Source: Candidatus Levybacteria bacterium RIFCSPHIGHO2_01_FULL_36_15 (GTDB taxonomy: Bacteria; Patescibacteriota; Microgenomatia; Levybacterales; GWA1-39-11). From it: 60,396 nt of DNA. This document shows, in pieces, positions 49,426 to 57,683 of this stretch. The notes under the pieces are model-generated. The model was not told the origin of the DNA. It saw only the letters and a list, made by a program, of their open reading frames with translations, and searched no databases. Positions within the stretch are counted from its first letter, which is position 1. Each line of letters begins with the position of its first letter. The translations under genes were made by a program, and so were the position numbers. The stretch covers positions 13,912-74,307 of the forward strand of contig MFNJ01000047.1 of NCBI GenBank assembly GCA_001782015.1, read 5' to 3'.

Positions 49426-51192
49426 TTATTTAAGAAAGGTCGTAGATGCCCGTAGCTCCGATTTAAGCGGAGGTAAAGAGTACATAAATCCTTTACTTGT
49501 TAGATATTTAATTATTGTGTTTACGCAGGCGGCGGGCCTAAGTTTACTGGTATCAATTTTTATTTCCGGGTTTTCCGGCGCTTCATAAGGATCGTCAATG
49601 CCTGTTACAGCCTTGGCGAGTCCCATTTTGCCTTTTTTGTATAATCCTTTTATGTCCCGTTTTTGGCAAGTCGCAAGCGGAGTAGAAACAAATATTTCAA
49701 TGTATATCCCGTTTTTTTTAATCAATCTTCTGTTTTTTTCACGCGCGGCTTTATAAGGTGCAACAGCGGCGCACACGGCAATTCCGCCATGCTTTGTGAT
49801 TTCATTTGCCACAAAACCAATACGGGTAATGTTTATATCCCTGTCTTCTTTTGAAAAAGACAGCCCTTTTGACAAGTTCTGTCTTACAATATCACCGTCA
49901 AGAAAAGTAACTTTTTTGTCCTGTATCTCAAGAAGTTTAAAATAAAGCATTGTTGCAATCGTTGATTTTCCAGCACTCGGAAGGCCGGTAAAAAATATGG
50001 TAAGCCCATCCTTTTTCTGTTTTGGGGCGCCTTTTTTTAGCTCTTCTATTACTTCGGGAAACGAAAACCATTCGGGGATTTGTTCATTATTCAACAGTCT
50101 TTTCCTGAACTCAGTTCCGGAAATGTTTTTTATAGTATGCCCTTTTTTTAAGGCCTCCTGCGGTAAGTATTTTTTTTCATTTTCCACGTAAACCATTTCA
50201 GAAAAAGGGACAATTTTTATACCTATTTCTTTTTCCTGCTGCAGCGCGAGGTTCTGGGCATCATAAGGGGCGTAGTAGGGGATACCTTTAGAATCTTTTC
50301 CTGGTCCGGCATGGTCGCGCCCCACAATAAAATGCGTACAGCCGTAATTTTTTCTGATTATCGCGTGTAAAACTGCCTCTCTTGGTCCTGCCATTCTCAT
50401 AGCCAGGGGAAGAAGACTGAGTCTGGCAAAATTTTTTGCATATTTTCTGTGGAACTTTATGTAACTTCTGACTCTGGTTATGTAGTCTATGTCTCCGTCT
50501 TTTGTAACGCCAACAGTTGGGTGAATCAGGACTTTTGCGCCATAGTCTTTGGCTGCTTTTTTTATCATCGCGTGGTGCGCTTTATGTATTGGGTTTCTGG
50601 TTTGGAACCCGATTATTTTTTTCCATTTATTTTTCTTAAACCAGGTTTGGAGCTGACTAGGCGTGATGCGGTACTTATTAAAATCATATCTTTCAATGGG
50701 GCTTATGCCTTGAACTTTTCCGCCGATATAATAGTTTCCGACTTCATTAATGAGATAATTTACCCCAAAATGATACTCGTCAGAAGTTCCATAAACAAAT
50801 TTTGCCTCCTTTTGCTTATCCGGTTTATAAATTGATGAGACAGATAAAATCGCGAGCGGTTTTCCGTACTCGTCACATAAAACTATTTCTTCTCCAATTT
50901 TATAATTTTCTGACTGACTAACATCAAAAACTATCGGAATAGGCCAAAGCATTCCGTTGGCAAGTTTCATTTTTGAAACTACGGACTTGTAATCTTTTTC
51001 ATCCATAAAACCATCAAGCGGAGAAAAACCGCCATTTAGCAGCAGTTCAAGATCGCAAAGTTGTCTGGGATTCAGATTGACTCGCGGGAGGCTTAAAGCT
51101 TTTTTTTGTAATAATATCTGAGTTTTTTTATCACTGACAATTAAATTTTTGAGCTTGCCGCCATAAGCTTTGAATTTAAAATCTTTTGACAT
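49426..51192 (-). CDS. sat: Bifunctional sulfate adenylyltransferase / adenylylsulfate kinase (Sat-CysC)
   Basis: GGFSPLDGFM, FQTRNPIHKAH, MRMAGPREA, FIVGRDHAG; kinase FTGLPSAGKST, LDGD.VR, TGIDDPYEAP. Confidence 0.95.
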   Translation of the reverse strand: MSKDFKFKAYGGKLKNLIVSDKKTQILLQKKALSLPRVNLNPRQLCDLELLLNGGFSPLDGFMDEKDYKSVVSKMKLANGMLWPIPIVFDVSQSENYKIGEEIVLCDEYGKPLAILSVSSIYKPDKQKEAKFVYGTSDEYHFGVNYLINEVGNYYIGGKVQGISPIERYDFNKYRITPSQLQTWFKKNKWKKIIGFQTRNPIHKAHHAMIKKAAKDYGAKVLIHPTVGVTKDGDIDYITRVRSYIKFHRKYAKNFARLSLLPLAMRMAGPREAVLHAIIRKNYGCTHFIVGRDHAGPGKDSKGIPYYAPYDAQNLALQQEKEIGIKIVPFSEMVYVENEKKYLPQEALKKGHTIKNISGTEFRKRLLNNEQIPEWFSFPEVIEELKKGAPKQKKDGLTIFFTGLPSAGKSTIATMLYFKLLEIQDKKVTFLDGDIVRQNLSKGLSFSKEDRDINITRIGFVANEITKHGGIAVCAAVAPYKAAREKNRRLIKKNGIYIEIFVSTPLATCQKRDIKGLYKKGKMGLAKAVTGIDDPYEAPENPEIKIDTSKLRPAACVNTIIKYLTSKGFMYSLPPLKSELRASTTFLK

Positions 51193-51324
51193 AGGTTTGT
51201 ACCTTGATTGTACTTAGAATATACATTTTTTAAAAAATGTCAATAGAAAAGATTAATGATTGTTCAGCATAATTGGATAAGAGTTTAGTTTGAATTTTAG
51301 CTTAGAACAATATACAATCCCCAC

Positions 51325-51510
51325 ATGACTAAAACAAAAGAGGGTTGTTCAGGTTTCCCTGAAGGATATGATTCTAATCCAAATCACATAAAAATCGTGA
51401 AAAGATCACGCTGGCAGTTTTGTTGTTTTGTCAGAAGTTTTTATCTGAGATTCATGAAATCATCTATGCCATTCTGCGCTTTCAATTTACCCCAAAATTT
51501 TGTAAAATAA
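51325..51510 (+). CDS. Possible small protein
   Basis: 61-aa ORF with ATG 5 nt after TACAAT; no motif. Confidence 0.3.
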   Translation: MTKTKEGCSGFPEGYDSNPNHIKIVKRSRWQFCCFVRSFYLRFMKSSMPFCAFNLPQNFVK

Positions 51511-51523
51511 AGCATAGAAATTT

Positions 51524-51608
51524 GCTGCGGTGCCGGAGTGGTCAATCGGAACAGACTGTAAATCTGTCGCCCGTTCGGGCTACGTAGGTTCGAATCCTGC
51601 CCGCAGCA
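51524..51608 (+). tRNA. tRNA-Tyr(GTA)
   Basis: Acceptor gctgcgg/ccgcagc, anticodon arm acaga-ctGTAaa-tctgt, long variable arm, ggttcgaatcc. Confidence 0.96.
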
Positions 51609-51706
51609 CAAATTTCAAACGAAATCGCCCTTCAGTCTTTCCAACGTTTAATCCGCGCAATAGGCTACATTTGGTAAAAGGTTAGACCCTATAGTATAAT
51701 ACCCAG

Positions 51707-52878
51707 ATGAGCGGAAAAGAGAGGAAATTCTATTGTTCTGAGGCAGGCCAAATTAAGCCGGCAGAATACGGAACTGTTCTTTCTGCAGATCAGCATTACG
51801 CGGACTTCAGGCTTGAGGCAGAAAGAGCAGGGAAAGGCGAGTTGGTATTTGCCCAAACTATGGCTTTTGGAACTCCGGGCAGGGAGAATGAGTTTTGGTA
51901 GATGATTTTGCTGTTGAAAGTATGTATGAGGTTTTTGCCGCGGCTCCCAAAGATGGACCCAAAAGATACCGCATAGATTGTTATACTACTCACATGACGG
52001 GCAATGGGGAACCGATTGAGTTGTTAAAACTTTTCCCCTGGTCGGCTAAAAAAATGATTGAGCTGCAAAAAGACCAAGAGGAGTTGTTTAATAGATTTCG
52101 CGGTCTGGGGGTAAAACTTGAATTTACTAATCCTCCTAAAGGTCTTGGGAAATACGTGCCGGTATTTGGCAGAAACCATTTAAAAAATTCGGGCGTTGGT
52201 GAACGAGTGTTTTACGTGAGAGGTTTTAATGATGATGGATTAACAGCGGGAAGCGTGGATTTTGCAGTGAAGTTTACAGGAGAAGCAGCAGCCAGATTAA
52301 AAGCAGGTTTTGAGAGTATTGATACAGATGAGGGAAATAGCGATTATGAAGTAGAAATAGATCAGCAAACACGATTAATTGTTGATAGGGGCGTGCCGGG
52401 ACAATCGATGATTTATGATATTCTTCTTGAAAACATGCAGCAGTCTTTATCCAGTATAAAAGGTATGTCTGCTCTTGTACCTGATGGCAGAGGGGCAAAA
52501 GCATTAGCCGCAGCACAAACAAGAGGAAGCAGCGTTGAAGTATTTGTTTCTCCAGCAATTCAATCTAATCCGGCACATCCGTTCAGTTTTGGCAATATGC
52601 TATGGATGGCTGAAAAAGCAAATTATTTTAACATGCAAAGGAACGGAGTCAGTTTTCCGGTATTTCGTAATCAAATCCGCGGCGCGCATGGCAAATGTTG
52701 GATTTTTGATGGTAAAACCGCGATTTTTGGTACTCATAATGCTTCTGAAAAAGGTGTTAAGGCGGGAACTTGCGAGGCGGCAATTATAACTACAAATCAA
52801 AAAATTATTCAAGGCTTGCAAAATGTATTTAGCCAAACAAAACTTGAATCATATCCGGATATAAAAGGGGTTATTTAG
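51707..52878 (+). pseudogene. Phospholipase D / cardiolipin-synthase-like gene split by a one-base frameshift near 51893
   Basis: HKD-type motifs RNHLKNSGVG and AHGKCWIFDG...GTHN; the 64-aa upstream ORF joins the 327-aa ORF if one T is added to gagttttgg. Confidence 0.7.
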
Positions 52879-53157
52879 GCATCAAACATAGAATATACTT
52901 CTTGCAGTTGAAATTGCAACCTGCCTCGCCGGTCCGCTTCACCAATCTCGCGTTTAGGCGGGCTGAATCGAGACGAGCAAGGCGGGTCAGTATAACAAGG
53001 TACAGTACTGTACCTTGTATAACTCGATCTTGCCTGATCCGCCTTTGGCGAGATCAAGTAAGAAAGGTATAAATTACCCAACACTAGAGTATTTTTGATT
53101 TCTTCTATGTTGATTTTGGAAGTATTCTATTCTACTATAGATAAAGATCTACCAATA

Positions 53158-53778
53158 ATGAAAGACGATCCAAGGTTAAAAGAGCAATTGCAATTATTAT
53201 ATTCATCAGGTTATTCAATGTCTGAAATTGCAGCAAAATTTTTGTGTTCTATTCACAAAGTAGTTTATTGGATGGAAAAATATAAAATAAAAAGGAGAAC
53301 TAGAAGTCAAGCTGCATATCTTAAACAAAATCCGAACGGAGATCCATTCAAAATAAAGATAAGACTTAATAGAAATGATTTGATATCTTATGGTTTAGGT
53401 CTGGGAATATACATGGGAGAGGGCGAGAAAGTTTCTAAAAGCGCTATTAGAGTGGCTAATACAGATCCTAAAATTATTAAACTATTTATTAAATTTTTAC
53501 TTAATATTTGCAATGTAGAAAGAAATAAGCTGTCATACAGTATTGTTTGTTTTAATGATAATAATATCACAAAAGTGGTAGAGTATTGGTCAAAGATACT
53601 TGAGATACCTCAGGAAAAATTTGGTAAAATAGTGCAAATACCAACTCAGGGTAAAGGAATATATAAGAAAAAATCAGAATTTGGTGTTTGTACGGTAACT
53701 TTTTGTAATATGAAACTTAAATCATGGATTATGAGAGAGATTGAAAAGATGAAAAATTATGCTGGTGAATTTAATTAA
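53158..53778 (+). CDS. HTH + LAGLIDADG-like protein next to a tRNA
   Basis: N-terminal LYSSGYSMSEIA HTH; GLGIYMGEGEK...ANTDPKIIKLFIKFL, YWSKIL.IP, GVCTV; ends 10 nt before tRNA-Thr. Confidence 0.7.
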   Translation: MKDDPRLKEQLQLLYSSGYSMSEIAAKFLCSIHKVVYWMEKYKIKRRTRSQAAYLKQNPNGDPFKIKIRLNRNDLISYGLGLGIYMGEGEKVSKSAIRVANTDPKIIKLFIKFLLNICNVERNKLSYSIVCFNDNNITKVVEYWSKILEIPQEKFGKIVQIPTQGKGIYKKKSEFGVCTVTFCNMKLKSWIMREIEKMKNYAGEFN

Positions 53779-53788
53779 CGGGTTACAT

Positions 53789-53859
53789 GCCGACATAGCT
53801 TAGTGGTAAAGCAAGTCATTGGTAATGACTAGACATGAGTTCGATTCTCATTGTCGGCT
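53789..53859 (+). tRNA. tRNA-Thr(GGT)
   Basis: Acceptor gccgaca/tgtcggc, anticodon arm agtca-ttGGTaa-tgact, T-arm atgag-ttcgatt-ctcat. Confidence 0.95.
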
Positions 53860-53865
53860 CCGAAC

Positions 53866-53886
53866 TGGTCGTCTAAAGACGACCAT
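53866..53886. terminator. Hairpin immediately after tRNA-Thr(GGT)
   Basis: tggtcgtc-taaa-gacgacca followed by an A run (a U-tract on the minus strand). Confidence 0.45.
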
Positions 53887-54100
53887 AAAAAACGCAAAAA
53901 TTTTAAAGAACTTTTCTTTTCATAAAAATTCAAATGGCCGTTCTGGTGTAGTCAAACCCTTACGGATCTGTCCAAAGCGGCCATTAAAAAACCGTAAGGC
54001 CGTTTGACTACAAAAATAATGTATCAATTATTAAGAAAATTTGCAAGCATAAAATTAGAGCGTTTGCAGTTTGTTCTTAAATTTGAAATACTGTATGTAT

Positions 54101-55822
54101 ATGGAAGTAGAAAATACCGACCAAAATGAATTGAAATCTCAAAATTCTGTAGGCGATCAGTCCTTTCGTAAAAATATTCTTAACCAAAAAGGTAATTTTT
54201 TAATTGTTGTCGGGATAGTCTTTGTTATTCTTATAGCAGGGGCAATATATTATTTTGCTTTTTTTAAACAAGATAAAAGTCCCTTAACAAATAATTCTTA
54301 TACAAACACCTCACAATATAAAAGTGGTAATATTGAAACTTCAAAACGCACCTTATATAAAAACGGTCAGCCATATGAAGTATTAGAGGAGAATAGTAAA
54401 AGAAATTCTGATGGCTCCTTAGAAACTATAGTTACTAGTAATAATCAAAAACTTAGCCACCATTTGTATACAAAAGATTTTATCTTGGGATTAAGTAATG
54501 GTATTTTAAATCTGCAACAATTAAAGTCAGGAACAAAGCAAGTAGTTAATTACCTTACAACTGGCGAGAATATCCTTGTGTATGTAAACAAAACTCCCAA
54601 TCTTCAAAAAACTACAACAACCTTAAGTGGTAAGAAAACCACCGTATATACAATAGGTGGTAAAAAGACTACTTCGTTTGAACTGATAAGATCAGTATTT
54701 GCTCAGAGTGATGATAGTTCACTTGTAAAAATCTATGTCGATGAATCCACGGGTGTTTTGAAAAAAGTTGAACGAATACCTTTAGGTGGGATTCAACCAC
54801 AAGAAGTTATTGAGTATTCAGAAGGTCCATTTTTACCACCTTTACCAATTACTACTCTGCCACAAGGTACACCTGGCCAATCTCCTAGCATTACCCCTGT
54901 ACCTATAACTGAGCAGAACCCTCCTACTTTTCAGCCTGAAGATATAGTTAACCAACTTCCTCAGTTAGCCTTAGATGATCAATTAAAACTAATTGAAGAG
55001 AAACTTAAAAAAGACTTAGAGGCTCAAGGTAGTCAATTGCCTGAAGGTCCTAAGAAACCACCTACTTTAGTTTCTTTCAAAGAAATTGCAGCGGAGACAA
55101 AAGAAATCAAAGCTGTGAGTATTCAGCCAGCCGTAGTACCAGATGGAGCTATTTATTTGAACCCATTATCAATTATACCAACTCCTTCAGGTTACAACAG
55201 TCCAATAATGTTACTTAGTTCCACGGTTTTTAACCAACAGGCTAGAGTTGATAAAGCTCTTCAGGAAAATGGAGTCTTTAATAATGAACAATTTGCAAAA
55301 AGTAATGTTAAAGTAAGAATAGATGGTAATGAGTTAAACAATGACGGAATTGGCTTAGGCCCAACACTTAATGGGTCTACAAACTCTTCTTGGACAGTTA
55401 GCTTGCTTATTCCAAAGGGTTTATCGCCCGGTTATCACACAATTGAGATATTCATGGTTGATTCTTGGTATTTATCTCCAAATATTTTGGTAACTTTACC
55501 AAGACCAGATGAAAAAGTTGTAGAGTTAGAGCTTTTTATAAATCCACCTCCTCTAGCTACTAAATTACCGAATAATCAAGGCTACAGAGTAGTTTTAAAA
55601 GGTAAAAACTTCATCAAACCTTTTACAGTTTCTCTTGATAATACAGTTTTGGATGATGAGGCAGTTGAAGTTAATGGACACGAGGAACTGATTTTAACCA
55701 TTCCATCAGATATTCCTTCTCCGTCTAAAGGTCCAGCTTATGATGTAACCATTACAAAAGATGAGCAAAAAGCTTTTCGTCCCTCATTATTACTTCTTGG
55801 TGGTCCTCCACCACCATTATAA
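54101..55822 (+). CDS. Single-TM surface protein with a C-terminal IPT/TIG-like domain
   Basis: NQKGN + TM; Pro-rich linker; VVLKGKNF...ELILTIPS...YDVTIT. Confidence 0.75.
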   Translation: MEVENTDQNELKSQNSVGDQSFRKNILNQKGNFLIVVGIVFVILIAGAIYYFAFFKQDKSPLTNNSYTNTSQYKSGNIETSKRTLYKNGQPYEVLEENSKRNSDGSLETIVTSNNQKLSHHLYTKDFILGLSNGILNLQQLKSGTKQVVNYLTTGENILVYVNKTPNLQKTTTTLSGKKTTVYTIGGKKTTSFELIRSVFAQSDDSSLVKIYVDESTGVLKKVERIPLGGIQPQEVIEYSEGPFLPPLPITTLPQGTPGQSPSITPVPITEQNPPTFQPEDIVNQLPQLALDDQLKLIEEKLKKDLEAQGSQLPEGPKKPPTLVSFKEIAAETKEIKAVSIQPAVVPDGAIYLNPLSIIPTPSGYNSPIMLLSSTVFNQQARVDKALQENGVFNNEQFAKSNVKVRIDGNELNNDGIGLGPTLNGSTNSSWTVSLLIPKGLSPGYHTIEIFMVDSWYLSPNILVTLPRPDEKVVELELFINPPPLATKLPNNQGYRVVLKGKNFIKPFTVSLDNTVLDDEAVEVNGHEELILTIPSDIPSPSKGPAYDVTITKDEQKAFRPSLLLLGGPPPPL

Positions 55823-56227
55823 AATAATATAGTGGAAAAAGTCTGTCCTTGGAGAGAAATTGTTTTTACTTGTGGTATCTGATTAAGTAAGATCTCAAAC
55901 ATTTTGTCCTTCTTAAAGTTTCTGCTAAAATAATGGGAGTAAAAGTTTTCGAGCACGGGAGGGCGGGACAAGAAAACATTAAATTGTTTTTCTGTTCCTA
56001 TCCGCGATAGCGGATTATAATAACAAAAATCGCGCGCATTTCTGTCTTTGCAAAAAATACATAGAGCGAGGCCGAAGGCGAGCCGCCGCTACCTTTGCGA
56101 TCAGAATTTAGTCCGAACTTTTTCGTAAATGAGCTCACGAAGTACAACAGACGTGTAAAAATTAGGTCAAATAAATCAATCCAAGATAAGATTGTAATTC
56201 TTATACTTTCATTGTATAATTGCTTTT

Positions 56228-56404
56228 ATGGCTAAAAAAACAGGTGCGAGGGTAAAATTAGGGCTTTTTTGTTCTGTTTGTAAAAGCAGGAATTATGTAA
56301 CCAGCAGAAACAAGCTTAACACAAAAGAAAAGCTTGTTCTTTTGAAATTCTGTTCAAAATGCAACAAAAGGACAGAGCATAAGGAAACGGATAAGTTTAA
56401 ATAA
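56228..56404 (+). CDS. rpmG: 50S ribosomal protein L33 (Zn-binding CxxC form), not in the ORF track
   Basis: MAKKTGARVKLGLFCSVCKSRNYVTSRNKLNTKEKLVLLKFCSKCNKRTEHKE. Confidence 0.95.
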   Translation: MAKKTGARVKLGLFCSVCKSRNYVTSRNKLNTKEKLVLLKFCSKCNKRTEHKETDKFK

Positions 56405-57023
56405 AAATAAGCGACAGTAATCCAAATCCCAAACCAAGTAGACTTCCTCCTATCACGTCCGTAGTCCAATGTTCCCCCAGGCTTACCCGGGTTAAAAGCA
56501 TCAAGAATGTAAACAAAACAATACAAAAGTTATAAAAATATTTCCGGTTTTGACTTAATTTTTTAGAAATTATAATTATGTAAAGCAATATTACTGCCAG
56601 AAAAACAATTCTTAAGCTGTGCCCTGAAGGATAGGAAAAACCGGGCTGCACATAAGAAGTAGGAAAGACAAATGAGAAACTGTATCTTGCGAATAAAAAA
56701 GGCGGCCCAGGATGCGTTATAAATGCTTTGCCCAGGATTTCTATTAAATGCGCAATCATAAAAATAACCAGAATTAAAAAACCAGATGGCTTTTTTCTTA
56801 GTAAAAGAACAGCAATAAGAATTAAACCCAATATTTCAAAACTGCCTATCAAGCTTAGCGTTGATAGAAAGGCATCAATGCTTTTTGGAATATGATCTTG
56901 TATGATTACAGTTAAATCAAAATCAAAACTGGTCAGGATATCCTTTTTTACAATGATTGAGAATATCCAGAAAAAACTTATTGAAATGAGGCTTGAAATT
57001 AATAAAATTATTTTCTCTTTCAT
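56397..57023 (-). CDS. PAP2-family membrane phosphatase
   Basis: SYPSGH, TRVSLGEHWTTDVIGG. Confidence 0.92.
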   Translation of the reverse strand: MKEKIILLISSLISISFFWIFSIIVKKDILTSFDFDLTVIIQDHIPKSIDAFLSTLSLIGSFEILGLILIAVLLLRKKPSGFLILVIFMIAHLIEILGKAFITHPGPPFLFARYSFSFVFPTSYVQPGFSYPSGHSLRIVFLAVILLYIIIISKKLSQNRKYFYNFCIVLFTFLMLLTRVSLGEHWTTDVIGGSLLGLGFGLLSLIFI

Positions 57024-57068
57024 AAAGCTCAGATTATACTATTATAATATATAATAATCGTTTGCGAG

Positions 57069-57473
57069 TTATTTAGTTAAGGCCACGGTTGATTTAGGGG
57101 TTTTGTTTTCAGATGTGCTTTTAGTTTTTTTCAGCAAGCCTGGAAGTTCTTTTAAATCTCTTCCGCCTCTTATTCCAAATTCAAAACCTGCGCCGGCCGC
57201 AATAAATACAACAAGTGAACCGGTACCGGCTACAAAAATTCCGGTTTTTTTGTCATGTTTTATGTCTTTCATAAGTTTACTAAACCACTCTTTATGTTTA
57301 CCAAGTTCATCCTTGATTGTATTAATTGTATCGGGCGTTTCTAAGTTTCCTGGACTGATAACCTTTTTTCTCTTTTCATCATAAAGTACAGGTCTAAGGC
57401 CTGTTATACTGAATAACCGGCATACAGGCAGATTAAATTCATGATTACCGCAAGATGCTTCTTTTCTAGCCAT
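57069..57473 (-). CDS. Hypothetical protein with one hydrophobic segment
   Basis: 134-aa ORF. Confidence 0.6.
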   Translation of the reverse strand: MARKEASCGNHEFNLPVCRLFSITGLRPVLYDEKRKKVISPGNLETPDTINTIKDELGKHKEWFSKLMKDIKHDKKTGIFVAGTGSLVVFIAAGAGFEFGIRGGRDLKELPGLLKKTKSTSENKTPKSTVALTK

Positions 57474-57683
57474 ATTTTACGAACTCGAAAGTTTAATGCT
57501 TAGTTAGCTATTTTACCAAAAAATTGTCTAAAACAAAATGTTGAAGAATTATTATTTTTGTTATAAGCAAAGAATAGTAGATATTTTCTGATTTAGTTTG
57601 CGTTTTAGTAACTCACTTTGTGCATGTAATTCCTGCTTAGGCAGGAATCCAGATTTCTATTATCCATAGTGTATTAATTTGAG

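Noticed and set aside
51610-51690. Possible decayed 3' half of tRNA-Tyr after the intact gene
   Set aside because: Only scattered 5-7 nt matches; no acceptor strand or T-arm
55950-56160. Possible remnant end of a serine-recombinase element (…NLVRTFS*) with hairpins
   Set aside because: Rests on vague recollection of such ends; no recombinase ORF or att duplication is visible
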